From the IMG/VR virus record IMGVR_UViG_3300035670_000024: DNA of 64,000 bases; one strand, 5' to 3'. The translations under genes and the position numbers were made by a program. The notes below the pieces were generated by a model. It saw only the letters and a program-made list of their open reading frames with translations, did no database searches and was not told the DNA's origin. This document shows positions 31,001 through 41,500 of this stretch, in pieces. Numbering within the stretch: the first letter of the stretch is position 1; the number at the start of each line of letters is the position of its first letter. The stretch is from a virus.

Positions 31001-31186
31001 TAAAACATAATGTTCTACAGGAACAGGTTGTCCTGGGGTAAATGGATTATTTCCTATAGAGGAAACTCCAACAAGAGGATCGCCTAAGTCTGGTTCTGCT
31101 TGTTCTAACCCAAGATATTCGTATCTATCAGTTGTTATTCCTGATTGATCAAATCTTTTAACTCTTCCTGAAATGTACTTTGTCAT
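28073..31186 (-). CDS. Collagen-like tail fibre with C-terminal Peptidase_S74 chaperone
   Basis: GXQ tracts including GLFGAVGGQ repeats; SDETQKTNI..LRGVRY..GVVAQELE..LIEAIKEQQ. Confidence 0.85.
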   Translation of the reverse strand: MTKYISGRVKRFDQSGITTDRYEYLGLEQAEPDLGDPLVGVSSIGNNPFTPGQPVPVEHYVLIAAEGYTGERFWVPSLDITTQGIQGTQGTQGLQGFQGVQGTQGLQGTQGLQGTQGLQGTQGLANQGVQGSQGTQGTQGLANQGVQGTQGLQGNQGTQGLSNQGTQGTQGTQGTQGTQGTQGLSNQGVQGTQGLQGTQGIIGQGIQGSAGQATVIIGYVEDANVDPPNDPQILLNTEFPSAEIGNAVLDDALNELWVYSGGGTWINVGNISGPQGTQGTQGLANQGVQGLQGTQGTQGLQGTQGLQGSQGSQGLQGRQGTQGLSNQGVQGTQGTQGSQGTQGTQGLSNQGTTGSQGTIGSQGFQGVQGLSNQGIQGNQGLQGTQGLQGTQGLQGNQGVQGNQGLQGSRGDQGTQGLQGGQGTQGTQGRQGVQGLSNQGVQGNQGTSGSQGLQGTQGLFGGVGGQGTQGSQGTQGTQGLSNQGAQGTQGTQGLSNQGAQGTQGTQGLFGAVGGQGAQGIQGNQGNQGLQGLLGNQGSQGLSNQGVQGTIGTQGNQGLFGAVGGQGDQGVQGTIGSQGRQGTQGLFGAVGGQGAQGLQGNQGTQGNQGLFGAVGGQGTQGSQGTIGIQGRQGTQGLFGAVGGQGAQGVQGTIGSQGNQGLFGAVGGQGTQGSQGTIGIQGRQGTQGLFGAVGGQGTQGVQGTIGTQGTQGLFGAVGAVGGQGTQGSQGTIGSQGIQGLFGAVGGQGTQGSQGTIGIQGRQGTQGLSNQGSQGLAGQTQGTQGNQGLSGSVGSTGLQGAVGSQGIQGTQGRQGTSGAQGTSGAQGTIGTSGSNGSQGSQGTQGIQGTFGTQGNQGVVGSFGFQGSQGTQGSQGIIGTQGNQGVQGIANQGVQGSNNGGLTISDDTTTAASRYLIFDDATSGVITQANVSSSKLFFNPSTGTLSATIFNSLSDETQKTNIKTIENSIDIVKQLRGVRYNWIDNNLPSIGVVAQELEKVIPEVVQVNSNGLRSVSYGNLVGVLIEAIKEQQVRIENLENKI

Positions 31187-31188
31187 TT

Positions 31189-31548
31189 TTACTGCTTAGC
31201 TGTTTCTAAAACACTCAAAACTAGTTCTAATGTATTATTCTGATTTGCTTTTATTTTAATTACATCATTTGTTTCCAATGCTAATCTACCATCAGGAATG
31301 AGATTTATTCCATCATTTGGAGGAATTGAAATTTCATTTGCAAATTTATAATCAGCAGGACTTTCAACTGATCTAGAATGAACTGCAGTTACTTTATAAG
31401 AACCTAGTGAAGCACCGGAAGAAACATTTGTAACTTGCGAGAGTATCACAATAGATGCTACTCCAATAGGACAGGTATAGATTCCTACCATTTCGGTAGT
31501 TATTCCTACTCTTATTGTCCTAAATTTATTTAATGCAATTTTTGCCAT
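31189..31548 (-). CDS. Small virion protein (paralog of 21780..22109)
   Basis: ALNKFRT..IYTCPIG..ILSQVTN..LALETND..SVLET. Confidence 0.7.
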   Translation of the reverse strand: MAKIALNKFRTIRVGITTEMVGIYTCPIGVASIVILSQVTNVSSGASLGSYKVTAVHSRSVESPADYKFANEISIPPNDGINLIPDGRLALETNDVIKIKANQNNTLELVLSVLETAKQ

Positions 31549-31549
31549 T

Positions 31550-34500
31550 TTACTTACTTATTCCTAGGATTAATGGTGTTACTGTATTTAACAAACTTTG
31601 ACTAAATGCTCTACCACTAATAGTTCCAGTAATCTGGTTAATAACAATATCATCACCAATTTTAAAGTTACCTGCCTGATCAGTACTGGTATAAACAACT
31701 TCACCACCATTGAGTTTTACAACCTCATTTTCTGGAATTAATACACCACCTAAAGCAGGTTTTGCGGTGTTGATATTATTTCCAGTTCCAACCCATTCAA
31801 ATGAGTGAGAAGATGTGATTTGTAAACTTAAACGACTAAAGTAAACTGTTGTTCCTGCACTTACTGTATTATTTAGATTTTGTTGAAGAACTACTGTAGA
31901 GACTCCCGCAGAAGGTAATGTGGCACTTTCAATTGTATAATATGTTGGATATACTGTAGCCTGAGCAGTTGCTTGAACTGCATTTGGTCCTGGTGGAGGT
32001 GGAGCAATTGTAATAGAAGGAGCAGTTCTATACTGACTTCCAGTAGCAATTACATCAATAGAAACTACCTTTCCATTTACAACATTAGGAGATGCTTCTG
32101 CACGAATTCCAAATGCATCAGGAGGAGGTGCATCTATTGTTACCAATGGTGGATTTAAATCAGAATATCCTCCTCCTGGATTATCTACTTCAATTGTTTG
32201 AACAATATAGAATAATTCTCCAAAATAAAGTGCCTGACCATCATAAGGACGATAAGAACCTATTCCAGATATAATTACAGTATCTTGTTCAACAGCAGCA
32301 TTTTGTTCTACTACACCAGTATATCTGTAAATTGATTTTGAAGTATTATCACCAACACCATCAGCAACTAATCCAAGTCTTCCGAAAGATGAGTTGGAGT
32401 TTGTAATATCACACTGACCACCAGAACCAGTAAAGATTGCAATATCATTACAGATGGTAAAAATTGAAACTAACTGGGAGTAAGCACCATTTGTAATAGA
32501 AACTCCAATACCACCTTGATTATACTGAGTATAAGAGTCAACACTCATAGAACCAGTAACACCAATATCAATTTGATCTCCAGGTTCTGCTTCAAATCCA
32601 TTAACCTTCATTCCAATACTACCTGGAACAAAGTTAGTGCAGTTTCTTACATAAGGGCCTTGAGTAATTGGTCCAACTCCAGGTGAATAAGGTGGTTTTA
32701 CATATCCTCCATCAACATAAGTATGAGGAATAGTAGAAGGCCCAACTTTTACCACAAAAGTTGTTCCTGCACCTATAACATCAGTGACTCTGAATTTATA
32801 ACCTTCATTTCCAGTTGGATATATTGTAGTTGTTCCAGCACCACTTGTGCAACTAAATTCCAGATCTCTCAAAGTAACTACATCACCAACTCTTACATAT
32901 GCACCTGGAGCAGTAATTGTAGTAATTCCTGATGTGTGATCATAAATTGCATTATCAACAGAAACTGAACGATTTACTACATACCCTGTTCCAGATACAT
33001 ATTGGCGAGCAATTGTTGATATTCCAATATTGATAACGATAGAATTATCCTCGTTCATTCTATCAACATAATAATCATAACCAAGTTGATCAGTAGTATA
33101 GGATTTAATAACCGGAGTATCAAGTAAATAAGTATAAAGCAAATCTCTTACTTCAATTATATCACCTTTTTTAACATTTAATGGTGATGCTGGTATAATA
33201 GTTATTTCTCCAGTTTGTTCATCATAAGGAGCATCAGTAATTTGAATCTTTCCAGTAAAACCGATTCCACTGTTTCCAGGATAAGAAGTTGTAATTCCAG
33301 ATTCAGATCCAAGTCCAACAATCGTGGTAACAACTCCTACACAAGAACGAATTGCAGAAACTACATTTGAACATCCATTGATTGCATTGTTAAATCCTGT
33401 TTCAAAATCAGGTTGCATTCCCAAATCTTTTACTTGATAGAATTCATTTTGGAAACTTGTGTACTTTTGTACAGTTCCTCCAGAAACATAAGTGTGAGGT
33501 AATGTTGATTGACCTACAACAACTTCAAAACTGTCAGAGTCTATTACATCTAAAACATTAAATACATATCCATAAGCACCAGTTGGATAAGTTAAAGTAA
33601 GAACTCCTCCATCGGAAGGGCAAGTAAAACCTAATCCAACAATTTTTACTGCATCATTTTGATTAAGATTATGATTTTCTGCTGTAATTGTTGCAACTCC
33701 AGTAACATTATCATAATCAGCAAATATTACATCAGTAGCAACTCCTACAGGATAACCTCCCCAAGTGCAGTTATTAACTACTGAACGAGCAACATTGAAG
33801 GAATAGTCTAAAGTTGCAATAGTTTGCTCAACTTCTCCAGGATTCTTTAAAATTTGAGGTATTAAATTCCAATCCTCATCATAGTAAATTTCTCCTGCTC
33901 TCACACAACGAAAATTACCTCCTCTTGTAATGTCAAAACAGATTGCTCTCCAAATATCTTTTACATCATCTGCACAGTCTTGACTTTCAAGAGTAACACC
34001 AAATTCAATTGAAGGTGCCTGTTCAGTTCCTAATCCAACAATACTAGTAACAATTCCTGCAAGAGTTTCAATTCTTACAATTGTATCTCCACAACCACCA
34101 GGAACTAGAATTGGAGAATAACTACTAATATCTTGAGTTAAAGAAGTATATTGATCTGGATAAGACTCATTATTAATTACGAAGGTTACAATACCAACTG
34201 CATGTTCAATAGCATCTATAGTTGCCTGACGAACACTATAACCATTTACATCAGTCCCTGTAATATGCTGAAGTGCTCCGGCATTATCATAGTAAGATAA
34301 TCCAGCACCAACAGATTTCTTATTACTTCCTGCCTTTAAATCATAAGAAATTGAACGAAGAATATCTTTAATATCATCCTCACAATCTCCAGGAACAGTA
34401 GGTACTACAAATGCTGGAGACTTATAATCTGTAGAAGTGAGAAATCCAATAGTTTCTGATGCAATATAATCTAGATTTAAGTCTATAAGTCTTGCAGCAT

Positions 34501-35539
34501 CTTGTTCTCTATGATTTCCTGCAAATCCACTAAATCCACTTGTTAAAAATCCAACTGATTCTTTTGCAATATAATCAAGATTCAAACGAATCATTCTTGC
34601 ACCATCAAAAAATCTATCTACTTGAACACCTTCAAGAGGTTCAAATGAAACGATAGCAGATCCATTGGTCATTTCAGGCCCAATGAAACTCATGTCAGTA
34701 ATATGACATCCATTATTTACATAGAATAAATCTAGATCTGGAAATCTTGGAGTTACTACACAATTTCTTAATTCTGTTCCTTCAACAGAAACTGTCTTTT
34801 TCAAAACTATGGGGTTTTCTTCTACATAGACACCAGGATATACTTTAATAGTATCACCAAAGTTTGCTATTTGAGCTGCGGCTTTAATCGTTCTTTTTGA
34901 ATGATTTTCAGACAATCCTGTATTAGTATCATCACCATTTTGAGTAACAAATATAGTTTTTCCAGTAGGTTTATATGCATCTACAGTAACTATTCCCTTT
35001 CCAGGATCTTGTGATGCATCAATTTGAACACCTATTCCAGGAACAATCTGAGTTACAATTCCTGCTAAATTTATACCATCTCCAAAATATTCAAGAGCAG
35101 ATACACTTCCGCCAAATAAACCTGTAGTAGAAACTTCAAGAGATCCTTCAACTACAGCATTATTTTGTACAAAAATATCACTTCCAACAGTAACACTATT
35201 TCCTACGGAAATATTACTTGCAACTGTAGCATCATTTGCTACAGTAAGATCATTTCCAATACTAGCAGATCCAGATGCATTTAAATTTCCATCTAGTCCT
35301 ATACCACCACCAACTACTAAAGATCCAGTAGTTGTTGAAGTTGATTGTTGAGTGTTAGAGAAATTTACTAATCCTTCAACATCTAAATCACCTTCAAATA
35401 TACCATCACCCGCAACATCTAAAGTACTTTGGGGATTAGTGGTTCCTATACCAACTCTATCCGCAACCCCATCGGCATAAATTAGATTTTCGTCAACTTC
35501 AAGACCATTTTTTACGACAAAATTCTTGTTTATACCCAT
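31550..35539 (-). CDS. Large tail fibre/tailspike-like protein (paralog of 22114..25002)
   Basis: KNFVVKNGL start; FVTQNGDD..GVYVEENP; GPYVRNCTNF, YTQYNQGGIG, SHSFEWVG, TSTDQAGNF; late promoter at 35571-35577. Confidence 0.7.
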   Translation of the reverse strand: MGINKNFVVKNGLEVDENLIYADGVADRVGIGTTNPQSTLDVAGDGIFEGDLDVEGLVNFSNTQQSTSTTTGSLVVGGGIGLDGNLNASGSASIGNDLTVANDATVASNISVGNSVTVGSDIFVQNNAVVEGSLEVSTTGLFGGSVSALEYFGDGINLAGIVTQIVPGIGVQIDASQDPGKGIVTVDAYKPTGKTIFVTQNGDDTNTGLSENHSKRTIKAAAQIANFGDTIKVYPGVYVEENPIVLKKTVSVEGTELRNCVVTPRFPDLDLFYVNNGCHITDMSFIGPEMTNGSAIVSFEPLEGVQVDRFFDGARMIRLNLDYIAKESVGFLTSGFSGFAGNHREQDAARLIDLNLDYIASETIGFLTSTDYKSPAFVVPTVPGDCEDDIKDILRSISYDLKAGSNKKSVGAGLSYYDNAGALQHITGTDVNGYSVRQATIDAIEHAVGIVTFVINNESYPDQYTSLTQDISSYSPILVPGGCGDTIVRIETLAGIVTSIVGLGTEQAPSIEFGVTLESQDCADDVKDIWRAICFDITRGGNFRCVRAGEIYYDEDWNLIPQILKNPGEVEQTIATLDYSFNVARSVVNNCTWGGYPVGVATDVIFADYDNVTGVATITAENHNLNQNDAVKIVGLGFTCPSDGGVLTLTYPTGAYGYVFNVLDVIDSDSFEVVVGQSTLPHTYVSGGTVQKYTSFQNEFYQVKDLGMQPDFETGFNNAINGCSNVVSAIRSCVGVVTTIVGLGSESGITTSYPGNSGIGFTGKIQITDAPYDEQTGEITIIPASPLNVKKGDIIEVRDLLYTYLLDTPVIKSYTTDQLGYDYYVDRMNEDNSIVINIGISTIARQYVSGTGYVVNRSVSVDNAIYDHTSGITTITAPGAYVRVGDVVTLRDLEFSCTSGAGTTTIYPTGNEGYKFRVTDVIGAGTTFVVKVGPSTIPHTYVDGGYVKPPYSPGVGPITQGPYVRNCTNFVPGSIGMKVNGFEAEPGDQIDIGVTGSMSVDSYTQYNQGGIGVSITNGAYSQLVSIFTICNDIAIFTGSGGQCDITNSNSSFGRLGLVADGVGDNTSKSIYRYTGVVEQNAAVEQDTVIISGIGSYRPYDGQALYFGELFYIVQTIEVDNPGGGYSDLNPPLVTIDAPPPDAFGIRAEASPNVVNGKVVSIDVIATGSQYRTAPSITIAPPPPGPNAVQATAQATVYPTYYTIESATLPSAGVSTVVLQQNLNNTVSAGTTVYFSRLSLQITSSHSFEWVGTGNNINTAKPALGGVLIPENEVVKLNGGEVVYTSTDQAGNFKIGDDIVINQITGTISGRAFSQSLLNTVTPLILGISK

Positions 35540-35598
35540 TTTACTTAAGGTTCACTATCCCCTTTTTTATTATTTAGATGATTTTTATTTTTATATGA

Positions 35599-38500
35599 TT
35601 AACCACAATATAAAACTGCAGTGACTAAGAATGATCCATCATCATATACTCTTTGCGGAATAGTGCTAGTAACTTTACCAACTGTTTTTGATCTAATAAT
35701 ATCATCATCTTGAACTCTTCCACAACCATTACCATCAGATTCAATAAGATCGCCAATTTCTAAAGTTTGTCCAGATGCAATACGAATAAAATAGTTACCA
35801 ATAGCAGCACAATTCATATCATTCCAAGTATTAACCATTTTTTCAGGAATGTCATTATCATCCCATCCCAGAAATACACCAAAGACCTTCTTAGATGCTG
35901 GAGTGTCACTAATTTTTACACAAACATGTTTATTTAAATCATAAGGAATTTCTTCTTCATTTTTAATAATTGCATCATAAATATTTCCTTCATATCCAAT
36001 TTGTATAGTATCTCCTGCTTTTAATGACCCCTCATATGCCGAGATTTTTTCTTCTCCATTTACATTAAATACTGCAACTTTCCATTCAATCAACTTATTT
36101 ACCGTTTCTAAAATAGTTCCCGGCAAAACATCAGGTTTACTTCCATCTTCAAAACGACCCCAGTGAGTACCTAAGAAAGTTCCATAAGATATAGTTCCTC
36201 CTGCATTACTAATAGTACCCTCATTATTCCCATTTCTAAACCACCAAATTAAAGCTCCATTATTACTTCTACCAATACGAACTGGAACCTCATCAATTCG
36301 GTTAATAGAAAATACCCCATCTCCTAATCTTGATGCGTTGGTATTACCTGCATTTGCAGCTGGATCACCAACATCTGTCCCTACAAATAAATCATTGACA
36401 GTTAGAATTCCATTGATACTCTGATCTCCTACTGTATAAACTCCATTAGTAACAGAACCAGCATTACCAGTAATACTACCAGAAATTGTGCTAGTGAAAG
36501 TTTTAACTCCACCAATAGTTTGGGGTCCAGAATCTCTTACAACAGTTGAATCTACTTGAATAGAATCAGCATTAACAGTAATACCACTACCCTGACCAAT
36601 ATTCAAAGTTACATCTTGACCATTTAAAATTCCCCCACCAGTTAATCCATTACCAGCAATTACTGATCTATTAAGATTAGTGGAAGTAGTTGATGTAGAT
36701 GCATTTATTGCATTAGTTATTGTACCTTGAATTGTATTAGTAAAAGTTTTAATTCCACTAATACTTTGATTATCAGATCTTGTGACAACTACATCAGTAT
36801 TAATACCAACAGTAGTACCACTCACAGTAATACCACTACCTTGACCAACACTTAAAGTTACATTTTGATTATTTAAAATTCCTCCACCAGTTAATCCAAC
36901 ACCAGCGATTACTGATCTAGTAAGATTAATTGCAGTAGTTGCAGTAGTTGCATTTCCATTAACATCACCATTTAGTACACCTATAATTCCATTAGAAACT
37001 GTAAGTTGTCCAGATCCGCTCAAGGACATTAATTCAACTTGTCCTCCATACCATTTAAAGGAGAATCCACTTTCATTTTTTGGAATAGAATTCCATAGAA
37101 TATTACTACCAATACCAACAGCATAATCAACATTATTAGTATCTAAAGAATCATAATATACTATTCTGGTTCCGTTACTTCTAGTAGTAAATGTTGGAGC
37201 ATTTGTTCCTAAAGTGCTGGTTCCAAAATTAATAATATCAATTGGATTTCGGAGAACAATAGTTCCAAATCCAACTGTTGGATCTATTTCAATATCAACA
37301 TCAATACCAAATCCGTTAGGATCTCCAACAAATTTTAGTTTGTCTACAACTCCTTCAAGAATGTTTGATCCATTTTCTACACCTGAATAAATTGATATTT
37401 GAGTTCCTAAATCTCCAACATATCCCCAAGTTTTCCAACGATCATTTGTCGTATAAACCCAACCAATATTTTCGCCTTCATTTGGAGAAGCACGATAAAT
37501 TATATCACCATAATTTCCTGAAATAGATGGTTCTTCATTAGAAATAGAATATCTTCTAGAAATTTCTTGATCACCCTGTAAGAATATAGAAGGTACTTCA
37601 ATTCCTTCAGGAGAATAAGAAGTTAATTTTTCATTCAGAACAATTGGGCCATTAAATTCTGATACCACATTGTTATTTTTTCCACCACCAACTCTAATAG
37701 ATCTATCAATTACAACATCATTTGTTTTTACAATTTCATTTGTAGAACTTTCATCCCCGGCAAAAGTTTGAATTGGAGTATCAAAAACTTCTTCTTTTCC
37801 AGTTGCAGAAGTAGTTTTCTTATTTCCAGCATAAAAATCTCCAGAATCATCTGTTCCAGAATAGTAAACAACACCACCATTATATTTTAAAGATTGTGAT
37901 AATATTTTTTCAGTATCAGATAATTTTCTATCTTGTCTTTCGGGGAATGCAGTTGAATAATTACCAGGGCCAAATCCGACATATTCAAAGGTGTGCCCAG
38001 AAGCACGAATAATTGTATTTCTTCTAAATTCAATTGGAATAGGTTTAATTCTTTGAATTACAGATCCAGATGAGTGACTTGATCTAACAGTTCCAAATTG
38101 TGCTCTATAAACAGAAACATTACTATTGACAACTGGAGATTTTACTCTTAATACTTCTTGATTAATCTTGAGGTAATCCCCTATTTTTAGTCCAGTATTT
38201 TGAGCATTTGTAATTGAAATTATATCAGAACTAGATGATACTAAACTATTGTTTGTTAAAATAAGTTTATCATAGATATATCTACCTCTATCATTACCTC
38301 TTTGAGAAGTATTATAACCATATGGATGTACAATTCTAGTTCCAGTTGTTGCTGGAGTTGTAGTTGAAGTTCCAATTCCTACAATTTCAAATGATGTTGA
38401 TGAGAGAATTTTACTGACTGATACATCTTTATTATAAAAAGATTGTGTAAATCCATCAAGTCTAATTTTTTGATTTAGATTTAAATCATGAGAAGATAAA

Positions 38501-41500
38501 GTCGTAACAGTTGCAATTCCAACTATTCTATCATAAGTAAAATTAGAAACTGTAAGTGCTATTCCAGTTACAACTGCTGTAGAATCACTTGATACTAAAG
38601 ATGTACTAAAATTAGTAACTATTCCAGCAGATGAAACTACTATTCTATTATTTGCAGGAATAGATGTAATTCTATAAAGATTATTATATCCAGTATTAAT
38701 TCCAGTGTATCCAGAAAGACTTACTACTTCATTAATATTATTACTAATAGAAGTTACAGATATCGTTGCTGGTACAAATCCTGTAGTTGTTCCAATACCA
38801 GATCTAGGAAGAATTGATAATGTATTACCAACTGCATAGCAACTTCCACCATCCATAATTTGAACGGAAGAAATATTTCCAGTTGAATTTACATCAATTG
38901 CTACTTTAGCACCAATTCCAGTAGCAGATCCCTGTAAATCCACACCATAATAAGTTCCAGGAACATAACTTGATCCAGCACTTACTATGCTAAAGGAATT
39001 AATCTGTGAAAGACCATGATCTATAGTTGTGTAAATTGTATGAGAAGTTCCTACTGAATCTGAAACTATTGCAGTTACTCCAAATCCAACATTAAAGTCG
39101 CTAATGAATTTGGTTAAAGTTTCTTTTGTAATGCTATTTTCTGAACTATCAAGAGTTACTTCACCAATAATATCCAACTTAGCAAATGAAACTGCTTCTT
39201 TTGGATCTGATGATGGATTATCTCTATCAGTTTGAGGATAAAGATTTTTAATTGGTTGAGATAATTTAATATTATTGAAAGGTGATGCAATAGGAGAGAC
39301 TGAATTATTTAAAATGATCAATTCATAAATTCCGTCTTGCTTTTCTGGAATATATTCTTGAATAGTTTCAATTGTATAGAGTTTGTAAGTATTTACAGTT
39401 TCTTTTGGTTGGAAATATGGAAGATTTAAATCTCTTGTTGTAGTATTGTTAGAAAATAAACCAGGATTAATTATAATATCAACTACAAATTGCTTAGAAT
39501 TAGTAATTCTCTTTACAGTGTAAGTTCCATTATATCCATCGGGAACTACATTTTCTATTTTTACTTTTGATCCAACAAGCAGTTCATGATCTAATTCACT
39601 AGTTATTATCGCTTCACCCGCATTCCAAGTTGCATTTGAAATATATTTTGGACTTCTTAAATCGTTTACATTCTGTAAAGATTCATCTCCAAAGTAAATA
39701 TCAATTTCATTTTCTCCAAGTAGATTCTTATTACTTTTTTGTAAAACATATCCATCAACAGGAGGTCTTGCTACAACAGAGGAATCTTTTGGAATAACAT
39801 ATTCAAATTTATAAATGGTATCTTCTATATTTCTTCTATCTGGAATTCTTTCAATATAAGTTTTGTTGGTAGTTTCTACTCCAGTTTTAGATAAGAGATG
39901 AGTATATAAAGTACTATTTGGTGCAACTGTTATATACCAATTAGACTTAATAGAATCCCACTGAACAGGATGACCTATTTCTCCAACATTTTTATCAGAA
40001 ACTCTACTAACAACTCTTAGGTTTCCACCTTTTGTATTGAGATTTACAAATACATTATTCAAAGCAGAATCAAATGTTTCTGCTAACCTAATTTGATTAT
40101 TTCCTCCAGTAGTTACATCAATAGCATAATAAATTTTATCCTCAATTCCATCAGGAAGATACCCATTATCAGAAACTACTCTTACTTTTTCCCCGGTTTG
40201 GAAAGTGTCAGTTTGAGTAAAGTTTATTATTCCTGAAGAGATACTATTTTCAGTATTATTGTTGATTCTTGCAACATTAAATGATTTTTCATAAGAAGTA
40301 GTTGTATCTGGAATTACAACAGATGCTGTTGAATTTTCCAAATAAAGAGTTTCATTTTTGGCAGCGCCTACTCTATATCCATCTAATAATGTTCTTGGAG
40401 GATTGTTAAAGTCCTTCTCATCGTATAAGTATAATCTTGTAGTTGTAGCAGCTCCAGCCGCACTAGTTGTAGTTAATCCAACATCAATAGAATTAAACTC
40501 AACAGTTATTTTTTGGGACTCTATATCTCTAGGAGGAATTATTTTAGTGATAAATCCTACATCATCTCTAGGAAAAGCATCTCTACTAAATCCATCAGAT
40601 ACGAGTGCTTTAGATCCAAAGTTTGAGTTAGAGTTTGTGATTGAATAGTCTCCACCACTTTCCGCAAGGAATTGGTTAGCAAATCCAATAGCAAAGATAC
40701 TTACAAGTTGACAGAAACCACCTTCAGATACCTTGATGTGATAGTTTTCATATTCAGGTTTAAATCTTGCTCTTGAGTTTTTGTAGAGATTTGGAACTGC
40801 AACAGAATCTCTATATACCCCAGTATTTTTATCATATAAAACAAAAGCATTATCATCCTTTTGAATACCAATTCCAGTGAATTGGGCAACAACCATACTC
40901 TTAAATCCATCTGCCTTACTTCCATCAGCATGAAGTCCGCACATTCCATAAACGGATCTCAATGATACATTGAAGACATATGGAGAAGCAGAAGATACTG
41001 TATCGGTTACAATACTAATGTTTGCTCCAAATATTTCAGGGGAAGCAACTTGAGGTACAATACTTGACTTATACTGGAATTGATTTGTTCCTAATACTCT
41101 AAAAACAGTAAATTGTCCAGAATATCCAGACTCATTAATTCCAGAAACCTGGATTGAAGTATCAACACTGATTCCTTCAAGAGGTTCTGTAGTTGTTACT
41201 GTGATTATATTGGTTGGAGTGAATCCATTTCCTGCTCTTATCTCGGAGATTTGGAAATCTTTTCCTCTTGATCCTACAATTCTAAATTCATCTACAACTG
41301 GTTGAATATCTACTGCAGCGCCAGTTGAATATATTACATCATCAATTGGTCTACCAGAAGAATCTCCATATACTAGAGATATTTTTTCATAGTACATTTC
41401 AAGATCAGTTCTTGATGTTGATATGGACTGATTAAAAATATCAGTGATAGCAACATCATTAACCCCATCAGCATATTCAAAACAAGTTAACTTGTGATGT

